Shown in pieces: positions 10,338-21,791 of a stretch of 64,000 nt of DNA (its first letter is position 1; the number at the start of each line of letters is the position of its first letter). The position numbers were made by a program, and so were the translations under genes. The DNA lies in assembly GCA_038522375.1 (NCBI GenBank), contig JBCBKE010000004.1, positions 4,310 through 68,309 of the forward strand. Direction: 5' to 3'. Origin of the DNA: Pseudomonadota bacterium (lineage in GTDB: Bacteria; Pseudomonadota; Alphaproteobacteria; Caulobacterales; Hyphomonadaceae). The notes under the pieces are model-generated. The model did no database searches. It worked only from the letters and a program-made list of their open reading frames with translations, and was not told the origin of the DNA.

Positions 10338-11830
10338 TGGGCGGGTTTCCCATTCTCACCGCGCTGACACTGCTGCCGCTGGCTGGCGCCTTGCTGATCA
10401 TTCTGGTTCGAGCGGCAGCGCCGGGGGCGGGATCGAAAGAAGATGGCAACAAGGCTATCACGGCGGGACTGTTGATTTCGGTCGCAACGCTGATCGTGTC
10501 GATTGCAGCGCTTGCCACCTTTGATCCAAGCGCTGCCGGCTATCAGCTGAAGGAAGAGCTGATCTGGTATGGCGGCATCAAGTACAAGCTAGGCGTCGAT
10601 GGTCTGTCGATCATGCTGATCATGCTCACCACCTTGCTTGTACCGTTCTGCTTTGTGGCCAGCTACGGGTCGGTGAAGGACCGGGTTACCGAGTACGTGG
10701 TCGCCTTCCTCGTACTCGAGACTTTCATGATCGGGGTGTTTTGCGCCCTGGATCTCGTGCTCTTCTATATTTTCTTCGAGGCCGGGCTCATTCCGATGTT
10801 CATCATCATCGGTGTCTGGGGCGGCGCGAGCCGCATCTATGCGGCGTTCAAATTCTTCCTGTACACGCTCCTCGGCTCGCTCTTCATGCTGGCAGCGGTT
10901 GTCTACCTGTACCTGCAGGCCGGGACCTCGGACATTGAAGTGCTGGAGCAGACCACATTCTCAACCGGGGCGCAGACGTGGCTCTGGCTCGCCTTCTTTG
11001 CGTCCTTCGCCGTGAAACTGCCGATGTGGCCGGTCCACACGTGGCTCCCCGATGCCCACGTCCAGGCCCCCACGGCCGGCTCTGTCATCCTGGCAGGGAT
11101 CCTGCTGAAAATGGGCGGCTACGGCTTCCTGCGCTTTTCGCTGCCCATGTTTCCCGATGCCAGCCTCTACTTCCAGCCTTTCGTTTTCACCCTGTCGGTG
11201 ATCGCGATTATCTACGCGTCGCTGGTGGCCTGGCGGCAAACCGACATGAAGAAGCTGGTCGCTTATTCGTCGGTCGCCCATATGGGGTTTGTCACGCTGG
11301 GCCTGTTTTCATTCACTGAGGTTGGCGTTCAGGGCGCCATCTTCCAGATGTTGTCCCACGGCCTGATTTCAGGTGCGCTCTTCCTGCTGGTCGGGGTTGT
11401 CTATGACAGGGCCCATACGCGAGAGATCGCGGCCTATGGTGGGCTCGTGAACCGGATGCCCATTTACGCCGTGCTGTTCATGCTCTTCACGATGGCCAAT
11501 GTGGGCCTGCCGGGCACCAGCGGGTTCGTTGGTGAGATTCTGACGATGGTGGGCGCCTTTGAAGCGAGCACATGGGCAGCCTTTGGCGCAGCGCTCGGGG
11601 TCATATTTTCGGCGGTATACATGCTGACGCTCTACCGGCGCACGGTGTTCGGCGCGTTGAATACGTCCAATCCGGCTGTTGCCACAATCAGCGATGTCAG
11701 CACGAGGGAACTGGTGTGCCTGGTCCCCCTCGCGCTCGGTGTGCTGTTGCTCGGCGTCCAGCCGTCCCTGATCTTTGACATAACCGAGGGGTCGGCCAAC
11801 CGCATCCTCGCGCTGATGGCCGGAGGCTGA
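10337..11830 (+). CDS. nuoM: NADH-quinone oxidoreductase subunit M
   Basis: The start overlaps the nuoL stop (TGATG). Motifs ...[30 protein letters not shown]... are present. Confidence 0.96.
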   Translation: MGGFPILTALTLLPLAGALLIILVRAAAPGAGSKEDGNKAITAGLLISVATLIVSIAALATFDPSAAGYQLKEELIWYGGIKYKLGVDGLSIMLIMLTTLLVPFCFVASYGSVKDRVTEYVVAFLVLETFMIGVFCALDLVLFYIFFEAGLIPMFIIIGVWGGASRIYAAFKFFLYTLLGSLFMLAAVVYLYLQAGTSDIEVLEQTTFSTGAQTWLWLAFFASFAVKLPMWPVHTWLPDAHVQAPTAGSVILAGILLKMGGYGFLRFSLPMFPDASLYFQPFVFTLSVIAIIYASLVAWRQTDMKKLVAYSSVAHMGFVTLGLFSFTEVGVQGAIFQMLSHGLISGALFLLVGVVYDRAHTREIAAYGGLVNRMPIYAVLFMLFTMANVGLPGTSGFVGEILTMVGAFEASTWAAFGAALGVIFSAVYMLTLYRRTVFGALNTSNPAVATISDVSTRELVCLVPLALGVLLLGVQPSLIFDITEGSANRILALMAGG

Positions 11831-11834
11831 CGCC

Positions 11835-13262
11835 ATGTTTGATTGGGCGGAAATGCTGGAGGTGGCCGGCGCCGAGCTTTGGCTGGTCAGCGCAGGCCTC
11901 GTCGGTACGCTCCTCGGCGCGCTTCTGAAGGATGCGTTCAATGGGCTGTCATTCAAATACGGCGCCCTGGTCCTGATCGTTGCGGCCGGGCTGTCGTGGC
12001 AGTCCATGGCGGGCGGAACGGCGTTTAACGGCCTTTACGTGACAAACAGTTTCGTGGGGTTTGCAAAGATTGCGAGCTTTCTTCTGGCTGCGATTGCGCT
12101 GTGGATGGCCGAAGGGTTCCTCACGCGCCACGAGACGGCGCGGTATGAATACGCCTTGCTGATGATCTTTGCGGCAGTTGGCATGGGCGTGACGTTGTCT
12201 GCAGGCGATCTCATGACCTTGTACCTCGGGATCGAGACTCTCAGCCTGTGCTCTTATGTGCTGGCCTCGTTCCACCGGGATACACCGCGATCCGCAGAGG
12301 CGGGACTGAAGTATTTCGTGCTGGGCGCGCTGGCGTCAGGGCTCCTGCTCTACGGCGCGTCGCTGGTCTACGGCTTCACCGGCACAACCAACTTCGCCGA
12401 AATCGCCGCCGCCGAAAGCAATATCGGCTATCTCTTCGGCATGGTTCTGATGATCACGGGTCTGGCGTTCAAGGTGTCGGCCGCGCCGATGCACGTCTGG
12501 ACGCCCGACGTCTATGAGGGGTCCCCCACGCCCGTGGTCGCGTTTTTTGCGGCGGCGCCGAAATTCGCGATGATGGTGGTCTTCGCCAATCTGATGTTCA
12601 CTGTCTTCGCGGGTGTGATCGAGGATTGGCAACTGATCGTCGCGATCATCTCCGGAGCGTCCATGCTCGTCGGCGCGTTCGGAGCGCTCCTGCAGACCAA
12701 TATCAAGCGCCTGTTGGGGTATTCGTCGATTGCGAACATGGGCTATGCCCTGTTGCCGGTTGCGGCGGGGGCGGACCTCGGCGCTCCGGCGATACTGGTG
12801 TTCATGACGATTTACACGGTGGGCGCGGTCGGCCTGTTCGCCGGTGTCATGACCATGCGGCGCAGCGGCGGAATGGTGGAAGATATCCATGAACTGTCGG
12901 GCCTTGTGCGTATCCAGCCCGTGAATGCAATGGCGTTGACGGCAATCATTTTTTCCGTAGCGGGAATTCCCCCCCTTGCCGGGTTCTTCGGGAAGCTGGC
13001 CGTGTTCGAGGCGGGCATGGCGGCCGAACTCATTCCGCTGGTGGTCATCCTCGTCGTCTCCTCCGTGATATCGCTGGGATATTATCTGCGTCTTGTCGTG
13101 ATCATGTGGGTGGAGGAACCCAAGGAGCGGTTCGAGGCGACCGGGTCAGCGGTCGCCATGACGGTTGTCGGCTCAGGCGTGCTGACAGCGGTGGTACTCG
13201 TGGTTGCCATCGGCGTTCTCGATGGCTGGGCCGATGCCGCTGCGGGAGGCCTGCTGCCTTGA
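11835..13262 (+). CDS. nuoN: NADH-quinone oxidoreductase subunit N
   Basis: Last antiporter-like subunit, with ...[21 protein letters not shown].... Confidence 0.95.
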   Translation: MFDWAEMLEVAGAELWLVSAGLVGTLLGALLKDAFNGLSFKYGALVLIVAAGLSWQSMAGGTAFNGLYVTNSFVGFAKIASFLLAAIALWMAEGFLTRHETARYEYALLMIFAAVGMGVTLSAGDLMTLYLGIETLSLCSYVLASFHRDTPRSAEAGLKYFVLGALASGLLLYGASLVYGFTGTTNFAEIAAAESNIGYLFGMVLMITGLAFKVSAAPMHVWTPDVYEGSPTPVVAFFAAAPKFAMMVVFANLMFTVFAGVIEDWQLIVAIISGASMLVGAFGALLQTNIKRLLGYSSIANMGYALLPVAAGADLGAPAILVFMTIYTVGAVGLFAGVMTMRRSGGMVEDIHELSGLVRIQPVNAMALTAIIFSVAGIPPLAGFFGKLAVFEAGMAAELIPLVVILVVSSVISLGYYLRLVVIMWVEEPKERFEATGSAVAMTVVGSGVLTAVVLVVAIGVLDGWADAAAGGLLP

Positions 13263-14011
13263 CCTGCCAGCCGGTCGCTTGGCCCGTCACCGTTCTTGCC
13301 ACCGTTGACAGCACCAATGAAGAGGCCAAGCGCCGGGCGCGAGCTGGCGACCTGTCGCCAATCTGGCTCCGCGCTGACGTCCAGACCGCAGGTCGCGGGA
13401 GACAGGGCAGGGCCTGGGCTTCTCCGGCCGGCAACCTCCACGCCACGGCGCTGTTCCCGCTGGACGCTGGTTATCGCCAGGCATTGCGGGTGCCCTTCGC
13501 GGCGGCCGTGGCTGTTGCCGAGACCGTGGAGCGCCTGGCGCCAGGTATTTCGCCCAGGCTGAAATGGCCAAACGATGTGCGGGTAGAGGGCGCCAAGCTG
13601 TCAGGCATCCTGGTGGAGTCCGGCACAACCGCGGGCCGGTTCTGGGTTGTGGCCGGGATCGGGATGAATGTGGCCTTCGTTCCGGAAGGGGCCGGGCAGG
13701 CGGCGACCTCCCTTGCTGACCTCCGGGGGAACGGGCTGGTCGATGCCGCGATGGCGATGTCGGTCCTGTCCGAGCGATTCGCAGCACAGGTGGCCGCCAT
13801 TGCCGATGATTTCGCACCAATCCGGTCGGCATGGTTGCACTATGCTGAAGGGTTGGGCGGCGATGTTCGCGTCCGTTCGGGTCAAGGTGAGACCTATCGC
13901 GAAGGTGTGTTCGAGGATATGGCGGCCGATGGCGGCTTGATCCTGCGATTGCCGGACGGGTCAAGGCAGACCATAACCGCAGGCGATGTGGAACTTGTTC
14001 GGAAAGACTAG
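13259..14011 (+). CDS. birA: biotin--[acetyl-CoA-carboxylase] ligase
   Basis: Contains ...[13 protein letters not shown]... and ...[19 protein letters not shown]...KWPNDV.... The 13106 ORF has no internal ATG. I placed the start at the in-frame TTG at 13259, which overlaps the nuoN stop (TTGA). The start coordinate is uncertain. Confidence 0.8.
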   Translation: MTCQPVAWPVTVLATVDSTNEEAKRRARAGDLSPIWLRADVQTAGRGRQGRAWASPAGNLHATALFPLDAGYRQALRVPFAAAVAVAETVERLAPGISPRLKWPNDVRVEGAKLSGILVESGTTAGRFWVVAGIGMNVAFVPEGAGQAATSLADLRGNGLVDAAMAMSVLSERFAAQVAAIADDFAPIRSAWLHYAEGLGGDVRVRSGQGETYREGVFEDMAADGGLILRLPDGSRQTITAGDVELVRKD

Positions 14012-14014
14012 CCT

Positions 14015-14794
14015 ATGCTGATGGCGATCGATGTGGGCAACACCAACACCGTGTTCGCCATCCATGATGGTGAGGCGTGGGTGGCCCAGTGGCGCTCCCA
14101 TACCGATCCGACCCGCACCGCCGACGATTACGCGGTGTGGCTCTCGCAGATGTGCCGGATGGAAGGGGTTCCATTCGGTGAGATTGATGGCTGTGTCATC
14201 TCCACCGTGGTGCCCCAGGCGCAGTTCAATTTTCGAAACCTGGCGCGGCGTTACCTGAACGTGGAACCCATGTTCATCGGTGATCCCCGTGTTGATCTGG
14301 GAGTTGAGGTGAGAATTGCGCGGCCGGAGCAAGCGGGTGCGGACAGGATCGTCAACGCCGTCGGGGCACACGTGGAGTATGATGGAGCGCTTATCGTCGT
14401 CGATAGCGGGACGGCGACAACCTTCGACGTTGTGGATGTTGATGGCGGTTTCATCGGCGGCATCATTTCACCGGGGATCAACCTGTCGCTCAAGGCCCTG
14501 CACGATGCCGCCGCCAGTTTGCCGCGGATTGCCATCCAGCAACCGCCGCAAGTCATTGGACAGGACACCGTCAGCGCCATGCAGTCGGGGATTTTCCTGG
14601 GTTATGTCGATCTGATCGATGGGCTGGTCCGCAGGATCAAGCGTGAGTTTGGAAAACCCATGACCGTGATTGGAACGGGGGGCGTTGCTTCCCTCTATGA
14701 TGGATTCAGTGAGGAAATCGATGTGTACGATCCGGACGTGACCATACGCGGATTGTTGGAAGTCTACCGCCGCAACACATCTACCCTCGCATGA
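14015..14794 (+). CDS. coaX: type III pantothenate kinase
   Basis: N-terminus [16 protein letters not shown]... and ...DSGTATTFD... match the CoaX family. nuoN-birA-coaX synteny is typical of alphaproteobacteria. Confidence 0.93.
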   Translation: MLMAIDVGNTNTVFAIHDGEAWVAQWRSHTDPTRTADDYAVWLSQMCRMEGVPFGEIDGCVISTVVPQAQFNFRNLARRYLNVEPMFIGDPRVDLGVEVRIARPEQAGADRIVNAVGAHVEYDGALIVVDSGTATTFDVVDVDGGFIGGIISPGINLSLKALHDAAASLPRIAIQQPPQVIGQDTVSAMQSGIFLGYVDLIDGLVRRIKREFGKPMTVIGTGGVASLYDGFSEEIDVYDPDVTIRGLLEVYRRNTSTLA

Positions 14795-16476
14795 CAGACA
14801 AGACAGATCGATCGGAGCTGCTCTTCCTGCCGCTTGGCGGATGTGAAGAGATCGGCATGAACCTCAACGCCTATGGCTTTGGCCCGCCGGAGGACCGGCG
14901 CTGGATCCTCGCCGATATCGGCGTGACGTTCGGCGACGACCGGACGCCGGGGATCGACCTGATCTGCGCGGATCCCGAATACCTCGTAGGCGAGACGATC
15001 GAGGCGATCTTCCTGACCCACGCCCACGAGGACCATATCGGCGCAGTTGGCCTTCTGTATCCACGGCTGAAAACCCGTGCGCCGATGTATGCGACGCCGT
15101 TCACGGCAGAACTTGTCAGGCAGAAGCTGCGAGAGCGGGGGATCGACGACAAGGCGATGCTGCATGAGATCCCCCTGGGCGCGACGATTGATGCCGGGCC
15201 CTTCAGCGTCGAGTATGTGCGGCTGACCCATTCCATCCCCGAGCCCAACGCCCTCGCCATCAGCACGCCGTTGGGGACGGTCCTGCATACCGGCGACTGG
15301 AAGATCGACCCTGACCCTCGGCTGGGCGAAACGACCGATATCGCACGTCTGACGGCCATTGGAGACGCGGGCGTGCTGGCGATGGTCTGTGACAGCACGA
15401 ATGTGTTCGAGGAGGGCGAGGCCGGTTCCGAAGCCACGGTCCGGGCGTCGCTGGAAGCCTTGATCTCAGAGCAAGCCGGGCGGGTTGCAGTCACCACCTT
15501 TGCGTCCAATGTGGCCCGGGTACAGAGCGTGATCGAAGCTGCACAGGCGTGCGGGCGGAGCGTCTGTCTGGTGGGCCGGTCCATGTTCCGGATAACCGAT
15601 GCCGCGAAACAGGTCGGTCTCCTCGGGAAAGAGGTGACGTTCATCACCGACGAGGAGGCGAGCTATCTGCCGCCCGAGAATGTCCTTTATCTCTGCACCG
15701 GCAGCCAGGGGGAAGAGCGTGCGGCGCTGACCAGGATCGCGAAGGGTGAACACCGCCATGTCAGCCTGAGCCGCAGCGACACTGTGATTTTCTCATCGAG
15801 GGTCATCCCGGGCAATGAGCGCGGCATCTTCGATCTGATGAACCGCTTTGCCGACAAGGGTATCCGCGTCATCACCGACCGGATGTGCAAGGATCCGATC
15901 CATGTTTCCGGTCACCCCTGCCGGGACGAACTGGCGAAGATGTATGGCTGGATCCGTCCACAGGTTTCAGTCCCGGTGCATGGCGAACGCCGCCATACGC
16001 TCGAACACGCCTTGTTCGCCGAAAGCCTCCAGGTGCCCATGAGCGTCGTGCCGCGTAACGGTGAGTTGGTGCGCCTGGCCCCTGGGGATCCCGAGATCAT
16101 CGACGAAGTGCCCTCGGGGCGGCTGATGCTGGATGGTGATCATCTGGTTCCCGATAACGCGGCCGCATTGGGAGAGCGCCTTCGATTGGCGAGCTTCGGG
16201 TATCTCCACGTCAGCGTGGCGATCGACGAGGATGATGGCGTGATCGACGGCCCACTCGTGACGGCCCGGGGGCTGTCGGAACCGGATGGACGGTTGGCCG
16301 ATGAGTCAATTGATGCACTGGATGAAGCGGCCGAAGCCGCCGTCGAGGGTATGAAACGCCGTGATCTTGACGATGATGATGCGGTCGAAAGGGCCATAGG
16401 CCGTGCCGTGCGCCGGGCGGCGGAGAAGACTTTCGGACGCAAGCCTATCGTCGATGTGACGGTACTCAGGAGCTAG
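14791..16476 (+). CDS. rnj: ribonuclease J (metallo-beta-lactamase / beta-CASP RNase)
   Basis: The [10 protein letters not shown] motif is present, with a beta-CASP-like C-terminal region. The start overlaps the coaX stop (ATGA). Confidence 0.9.
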   Translation: MTDKTDRSELLFLPLGGCEEIGMNLNAYGFGPPEDRRWILADIGVTFGDDRTPGIDLICADPEYLVGETIEAIFLTHAHEDHIGAVGLLYPRLKTRAPMYATPFTAELVRQKLRERGIDDKAMLHEIPLGATIDAGPFSVEYVRLTHSIPEPNALAISTPLGTVLHTGDWKIDPDPRLGETTDIARLTAIGDAGVLAMVCDSTNVFEEGEAGSEATVRASLEALISEQAGRVAVTTFASNVARVQSVIEAAQACGRSVCLVGRSMFRITDAAKQVGLLGKEVTFITDEEASYLPPENVLYLCTGSQGEERAALTRIAKGEHRHVSLSRSDTVIFSSRVIPGNERGIFDLMNRFADKGIRVITDRMCKDPIHVSGHPCRDELAKMYGWIRPQVSVPVHGERRHTLEHALFAESLQVPMSVVPRNGELVRLAPGDPEIIDEVPSGRLMLDGDHLVPDNAAALGERLRLASFGYLHVSVAIDEDDGVIDGPLVTARGLSEPDGRLADESIDALDEAAEAAVEGMKRRDLDDDDAVERAIGRAVRRAAEKTFGRKPIVDVTVLRS

Positions 16477-16487
16477 GAGGAGACCCC

Positions 16488-16916
16488 ATGAGCGATTTTC
16501 AGATCGGACCGTTGAACCATGTGGGCGTTGCGGTTCCGAACCTCGGCGAAGCCATCGAAACCTATCGGACCCTCTATGGCGCGACCGATATCACCACGCC
16601 GTTCGATATGCCTGAGCAGGGGGTCAAGGTCTGTTTTGTCAACCTGCCCAACTCCCAGATCGAACTGATCGAGCCCCTTAACGAGGAGAGCCCGATCCAC
16701 AATTTCATCCAGAAGAACCCCAGGGGCGGGCAGCATCATGTCTGTTTCGAAGTGCCCGACATTCACGAGGCCGTGGAAGAAATGGGAAAACGGGGTGCCA
16801 CAGTGCTTGGGAAACCCAGGATCGGCGCCCATGGAACGCTGATCATCTTCGTCCATCCCAAAAACTCCAACGGTGTCCTGATAGAGTTGATGGAAACCCC
16901 CAAGGGTGATCATTAG
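16488..16916 (+). CDS. mce: methylmalonyl-CoA epimerase
   Basis: 142-aa VOC-fold protein with ...LNHVGVAVPNL..., ...IELIEPL... and ...GGQHHVCFEVPDI.... Confidence 0.88.
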   Translation: MSDFQIGPLNHVGVAVPNLGEAIETYRTLYGATDITTPFDMPEQGVKVCFVNLPNSQIELIEPLNEESPIHNFIQKNPRGGQHHVCFEVPDIHEAVEEMGKRGATVLGKPRIGAHGTLIIFVHPKNSNGVLIELMETPKGDH

Positions 16917-16918
16917 AG

Positions 16919-17170
16919 ATGACCGTCACTGGCGCTATCGTCATGTTCGTCATCACCTGGTGGCTGAGCTTCTTTGTTGTGCTGCCGATCGGGGTGGCAG
17001 AAAAGGTGGGCGAGGGAGACGGAACGGGGGCTCAGGAACCTGGCGCACCGGTGAGCCCTCAGCTCGGCAAGAAGGTCCGATGGGCGACCATCGGTGCGGC
17101 GGGCATCACCGCCCTTTTGGGTGCGTCGACCTATATTCTGGATTTCGAAACCCTGTTCCTGGGGGGGTGA
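16919..17170 (+). CDS. DUF1467 family small membrane protein
   Basis: 83-aa protein starting MTVTGAIVMFVITWWLSFFVVLPIGV.... Its position right after mce is typical of alphaproteobacteria. Confidence 0.75.
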   Translation: MTVTGAIVMFVITWWLSFFVVLPIGVAEKVGEGDGTGAQEPGAPVSPQLGKKVRWATIGAAGITALLGASTYILDFETLFLGG

Positions 17171-17177
17171 GGCGGTA

Positions 17178-17786
17178 TTGCGTCGGCTTCTGATCTATCT
17201 GCCAGCGATTGTGGGTGGATTTGGGGCAGGGGCCGCTGCGGCCTTGTTGGCAACCGGTATGGTCGGCGGGACCCGCGGCTTCGCGTTCAACGACGTTTCC
17301 ATTGCCGGCTGGTCCTCCGATTGGTCCATCGGCTCAGAGGCCGCAGACCCGCTGACCAGGGCCCGGGTGGCGCGCCATGGGCTTTTGGCGCTTGCAAAAG
17401 AGGAAGCGGTGTATTTCACGCGCAGGGTGGATGATGCCGGGCAAGCCCTGACTGAGCGCTGCGTCTACCGGCTTTCGGGGGGCGACCAGCCCGCGGAGTG
17501 GTGGTCGATCACGCTTTACGATGATCAGAGCCGCCTGCCCATGAATGGGGGAACGGTCCTGTCCATTGACAAGACCCAGGTTGGGGAAGGACAGGCATGG
17601 TCTGCCCGTGTCGCAGCAACGCCCCCTGCAGACGACACGCACTTCCTGTCCAGCCAAGCTGGCGGACGGTTCGATCTGACCTTGCGCCTGTACAGGCCGA
17701 GCAGCCCATTGATCGAAGACCCAGAGACAAGGCTGAATCCCCCATCGATTGAGCGTGTGGGCTGTGATCGCGAGGGCGGCGGATGA
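17178..17786 (+). CDS. DUF1214 domain-containing protein (N-terminal TM anchor)
   Basis: Contains ...ARHGLLALAKEEAVYF... and ...WWSITLYD...RFDLTLRLYRP.... The start is set at the in-frame TTG at 17178, preceded by GAGG. The upstream part of the 17094 ORF overlaps the DUF1467 gene. Confidence 0.7.
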   Translation: MRRLLIYLPAIVGGFGAGAAAALLATGMVGGTRGFAFNDVSIAGWSSDWSIGSEAADPLTRARVARHGLLALAKEEAVYFTRRVDDAGQALTERCVYRLSGGDQPAEWWSITLYDDQSRLPMNGGTVLSIDKTQVGEGQAWSARVAATPPADDTHFLSSQAGGRFDLTLRLYRPSSPLIEDPETRLNPPSIERVGCDREGGG

Positions 17787-18304
17787 GGTGGATCGGTCCG
17801 GTAAGTGTATTCGCGCTCGCCGCCGTCGTGTCGTTTGTTGTACTGCTGGGGCTCATCCCTGGCATCATCATGGACCGCGCGATGGCAAATCTCGAATCCC
17901 GCGGCGTGCCCTTGCATGCGTTCGTCCTGTCGCCGCGGATCACGCCGGAGAGCCAGACCGTTGTCCGGCCGTCGCCGGATCTGGCCTATTCAATCTGCCG
18001 CTACGACCTGTCTGACCCCGCCGCGGTCCTCACGGTGACGGCCGGCGCCTATGCGGACTACAGCTCCATTTCGTTCTTTGACGCCAGGACGGTGAACTTT
18101 GCCACCGTCCGTCCGCCCCGCGGCCAGCAGGGCACAGTCCGCCTTCTTTCCCCCAGTGCCGCTGGGAACGGCGATGCCATCATTGCGCCCACAACGCGGG
18201 GACTTGTTCTCATAAGGCGGCTCGCGCCCAGCCTTGACGATTACCAGCGTGTGGGGAGAACCAGTTCGCAGGACCGGTGTGAGCTGTCGGCAAACCCTGC
18301 ATAG
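17783..18304 (+). CDS. DUF1254 domain-containing protein (N-terminal TM anchor)
   Basis: Contains ...VRPSPDLAYSICRYDL... and ...YSSISFFDARTVNF.... The start overlaps the stop of the preceding DUF1214 gene (ATGA). Confidence 0.7.
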   Translation: MRWIGPVSVFALAAVVSFVVLLGLIPGIIMDRAMANLESRGVPLHAFVLSPRITPESQTVVRPSPDLAYSICRYDLSDPAAVLTVTAGAYADYSSISFFDARTVNFATVRPPRGQQGTVRLLSPSAAGNGDAIIAPTTRGLVLIRRLAPSLDDYQRVGRTSSQDRCELSANPA

Positions 18305-18377
18305 GGCTGGTGCAAGTGGTCATTGCGCGCTAGCCACAGGGCGCCCAGATCTCTTGAAAGCAAGCGAGTGAAGTCCG

Positions 18378-19721
18378 ATGCGCATGAGCCGCTATTTCCT
18401 GCCCGTGACCAAAGACACCCCGTCCGATGCGGTGGTGGTGTCACACCAACTGATGCTCCGGGCTGGCATGGTCCGGCAGAACGGAGCGGGCATCTACTCC
18501 TGGTTGCCGCTGGGGTTTCGGGTTCTCAAGAAGATCGAACAGGTGGTGCGCGAGGAAATGGACCGGGCCGGCGCAATTGAAATGCTCATGCCCACGATCC
18601 AGCAGGCCGATCTCTGGCGAGAGTCCGGGCGCTACGATGCCTATGGCCCCGAAATGCTGCGGATCCATGACCGCCACGAACGCGAGATGCTGTTCGGGCC
18701 GACCAATGAAGAGCTGATCACTGATATCTTCAAGGCCTATGTGAAGAGCTACAAGCAACTCCCCATGAACCTTTACCATATCCAGTGGAAGTTCCGCGAC
18801 GAGATCCGCCCACGCTTTGGCGTGATGCGCGGCCGCGAATTCCTCATGAAGGACGCTTACAGCTTCGACGTGGACCAGGCGGCGGCGCGGATATCCTACC
18901 AACGGATGTTCGCCGCCTACCTGAATACGTTCGACCGGTTGGGCATAACGGCCATCCCCATGAAAGCTGATCCCGGACCCATAGGCGGCGATTTGAGCCA
19001 CGAATTTCTCATCCTTGCCGATAGCGGGGAAAGCGCCGTGTTCTGCGATAGGGAAATCCTTGATGTCCCCCCGCCGGGCGCTGATTTCGACTTCGAGGAT
19101 CTGGACGCTCTGGCGTCGGAGATGGAAAAGCGGACAGCGTTTTATGCTGCCACCGAAGAAAAGCATGATGAGGCGGCGTTTGCGAAGCTGCCAAAGGCGC
19201 GGCAGGTTTCAGCGCGGGGCATCGAAGTCGGTCATATCTTCTATTTTGGCACCAAGTACTCGGGGTCGATGGGGGCGTCTGTCCAGATGGCGGATGGCCA
19301 GTATGCCGATGTCCATGGCGGCAGTTACGGGATTGGCGTTTCCCGGATTGCGGCCGCCGTTATCGAAGCGTCCAATGACGATGCGGGGATAATCTGGCCC
19401 GATGCTGTTGCCCCCTTTGACGTGGGCCTGATTTCGCTCCGCCCGAAGGATGAGGCGGTTTCGACTGCGGCAGATGAGGCCTACACCAAGCTGCAGGCAG
19501 CGGGGCTGGATGTGCTCTATGATGAGCGCGACGACCGGCCGGGGGGAAAGTTTGCGACGATGGACCTGATCGGTTTGCCCTGGCAGATGGCGATCGGACC
19601 AAGGGGGCTGGAAAAGGGTGTCGTGGAACTCAAGCACCGTGCAAGCGGGGACAAGGAAGAGGTGTCCCTCGAAAGTGCGCTCGCCAGGCTGACCGAGGGG
19701 CGAGGCCAGGCGTCGGCGTGA
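18378..19721 (+). CDS. proS: proline--tRNA ligase (short, alpha/eukaryote-like architecture)
   Basis: Contains [34 protein letters not shown]..., the class II motif ...[25 protein letters not shown]..., and a C-terminal anticodon-binding region. Confidence 0.95.
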   Translation: MRMSRYFLPVTKDTPSDAVVVSHQLMLRAGMVRQNGAGIYSWLPLGFRVLKKIEQVVREEMDRAGAIEMLMPTIQQADLWRESGRYDAYGPEMLRIHDRHEREMLFGPTNEELITDIFKAYVKSYKQLPMNLYHIQWKFRDEIRPRFGVMRGREFLMKDAYSFDVDQAAARISYQRMFAAYLNTFDRLGITAIPMKADPGPIGGDLSHEFLILADSGESAVFCDREILDVPPPGADFDFEDLDALASEMEKRTAFYAATEEKHDEAAFAKLPKARQVSARGIEVGHIFYFGTKYSGSMGASVQMADGQYADVHGGSYGIGVSRIAAAVIEASNDDAGIIWPDAVAPFDVGLISLRPKDEAVSTAADEAYTKLQAAGLDVLYDERDDRPGGKFATMDLIGLPWQMAIGPRGLEKGVVELKHRASGDKEEVSLESALARLTEGRGQASA

Positions 19722-20995
19722 CGACCCAGGCCGCCCCTTTCGGAAAGGTCGAACGGACCCTCGCCTGGCGTTACCTTCGCGCCAAGCGAGAACATGGCGG
19801 TGCGTCCCTCACGGCTGTGATTTCGTTCATCGGTATCGCCTTGGCGGTGTGGGCGCTGATTGCGATCATGTCGATCATGGCGGGCTTCAGGGCAACGCTT
19901 CTCGATGCCCTGCTGGGTGGACAGCCCCACGTCTATGCGTCGGTCAGCGATGTGCCAGCCAGTGATGTCGATCCGGTTCTCGATATCATTCGCGGCGTGG
20001 ACGGTATCGCATCGGCCTACCCCTTCCTCGAAGAGCAGGTCCTTGCGATCCATGAGGGCGTCTCATCAGGGGGCGCGCTTGTGAAGTCGATCAGCACCGA
20101 TGAGTTGCAAGTCCTGCCATTTCTTGAGGATGGCGGCGCTGCAGCGATCGAGGCAGGCTTCGGACAGGGCCGGTTTGGCGGTGATGTCATCCTGATGGGC
20201 GCCTTCCTCGCATCGGACCTGCGTCTCTCAGCGGGCGACAAGGTCCGCCTGATCTCCCAGGAAACCACAGCATCGCCCTTTGGCACAACGCCCCGCTCGA
20301 AAACCTATACCGTAGGGGGACTGTTCAAGACGGGGAGTGTCGAACTCGACAAGGCGTACATCTTCATGCCGCTCGAACAGGGACAGATATTCTTCAACAA
20401 ACGGGATCGGTATGAGTTCCTCGACATCCGGCTCGATGACCCTGAGGAGACCCAGGCCGCCATGGCCCGTATCCGCGATGCCGTGCCGGGGTTCCTGTTC
20501 ATGTTCGACTGGCAGAGCCAGAGGGGCGCCTATCTCGGCGCACTGAACCTCGAGCGCTCCATGATGCGTCTTGTCATGCTTGTCCTGATCACGATTACCG
20601 CTCTCAACATCATCACCGGCGTTGTGATGCTGGTGAAGAACAAGACGCGGGATATTGCCATCCTGCGCACCATTGGCGCATCCCGGTCGTCGATGATGCG
20701 CGTGTTTGTCATGATTGGCGGGTTTCTTGGTATCGCCGGGGCGGTCACGGGAACGGTGCTGGGTGTGCTGACAGTGACCTACATTTCGGAAATCGAGGCG
20801 TTTCTGGGCTGGGTGCGGGGAGCGCCCCTCTTCCCGCCCGATGTCTATGGTCTCGAAGGCCTGCCGGCACGCCTGGACTGGGCCGAAGTGATCTTCACCT
20901 TCCTCTGGTCCACGTCAATGTCGGTACTGGTGACGCTCTGGCCAGCATGGCGGGCAGCCCAACTCGATCCGGTCGAAGCGCTGAGGTTCGAGTGA
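19718..20995 (+). CDS. lipoprotein-releasing ABC transporter permease (LolC/E family)
   Basis: 425-aa protein with MacB-like topology: N-terminal TM, periplasmic domain, and three C-terminal TMs (FtsX-like). An ABC ATPase gene follows. The GTG start overlaps the proS stop. Confidence 0.88.
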   Translation: MTTQAAPFGKVERTLAWRYLRAKREHGGASLTAVISFIGIALAVWALIAIMSIMAGFRATLLDALLGGQPHVYASVSDVPASDVDPVLDIIRGVDGIASAYPFLEEQVLAIHEGVSSGGALVKSISTDELQVLPFLEDGGAAAIEAGFGQGRFGGDVILMGAFLASDLRLSAGDKVRLISQETTASPFGTTPRSKTYTVGGLFKTGSVELDKAYIFMPLEQGQIFFNKRDRYEFLDIRLDDPEETQAAMARIRDAVPGFLFMFDWQSQRGAYLGALNLERSMMRLVMLVLITITALNIITGVVMLVKNKTRDIAILRTIGASRSSMMRVFVMIGGFLGIAGAVTGTVLGVLTVTYISEIEAFLGWVRGAPLFPPDVYGLEGLPARLDWAEVIFTFLWSTSMSVLVTLWPAWRAAQLDPVEALRFE

Positions 20996-21708
20996 TGACG
21001 GCAGTCCTTGATCTTGTCGATATCCAGCGGACCTACCAATCCGGCGAGAAGACGCTGCACGTGCTGCGTGGCGCGGATCTGAGCCTTCAGGCCGGCGAGT
21101 TGGTGGGGCTTGTGGGCCCTTCAGGGTCGGGAAAGTCGACGCTGCTGCACACAGCGGGTCTTCTTGAAAAGCCCGAGAGCGGGAAAGTGCTGCTTGATGG
21201 GATCGATTGCCTGTCCCTGTCAGATCGTCAGCGCACCGCCGTGCGCCGGGAAAAGCTGGGCTTTGTCTACCAGTTCCACCATCTGCTTCCCGAGTTCAGC
21301 GCGGCCGACAACATCGCCATGCCGCTCCTATTCGGGGGTTTGCCCGCCGGGGCAGCCCGTGAAAAGGCCGAACGGTTGCTGGACGCGATGGGCCTGACCG
21401 ACCGGGGCCATCACCAGCCTGCGCAGCTTTCCGGCGGCGAACAACAGCGTGTTGCCATTGCCCGGGCACTGGCCAATGATCCCCGGCTGGTGATCGCCGA
21501 TGAGCCCACGGGCAATCTTGACCCGGCCACCACTGAACGGGTCTTCGGAGCCTTGATTTCCCTGGCCCGGAATGAGGGGGCCGCGGTCCTGGTGGCCACG
21601 CACAATATGGGCCTTACGCGGCATATGGATCGGGTTCTTACCCTTGGTGAGGGCGTGTTGGTTCCGTTTCAGCGTCCGTCAGAAATCTCCACAGGTTCTT
21701 TTGCGTAA
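20995..21708 (+). CDS. lolD: lipoprotein-releasing ABC transporter ATP-binding protein
   Basis: Walker A GPSGSGKST, signature LSGGEQQRVAIARAL and Walker B LVIADEPTGNLD are present. The start was trimmed to the ATG that overlaps the permease stop. Confidence 0.92.
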   Translation: MTAVLDLVDIQRTYQSGEKTLHVLRGADLSLQAGELVGLVGPSGSGKSTLLHTAGLLEKPESGKVLLDGIDCLSLSDRQRTAVRREKLGFVYQFHHLLPEFSAADNIAMPLLFGGLPAGAAREKAERLLDAMGLTDRGHHQPAQLSGGEQQRVAIARALANDPRLVIADEPTGNLDPATTERVFGALISLARNEGAAVLVATHNMGLTRHMDRVLTLGEGVLVPFQRPSEISTGSFA

Positions 21709-21724
21709 CGCACGGAGCGGGCTG

Positions 21725-21739
21725 GAACAAGACTGGAAC
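21725..21739 (+). promoter_or_regulatory. GAAC-N7-GAAC direct repeat (alphaproteobacterial LexA/SOS-box pattern, opposite orientation) upstream of dnaE
   Basis: The sequence is GAACaagactgGAAC, in the 83-nt lolD-dnaE intergenic region and 53 nt upstream of the dnaE ATG. Only the 8-nt core matches, so a chance occurrence is possible. Confidence 0.3.
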
Positions 21740-21791
21740 ATGGGCGAATCGGGGGCTATTGTCGGCGCGGGCAATATGAACGGACCAGGCC

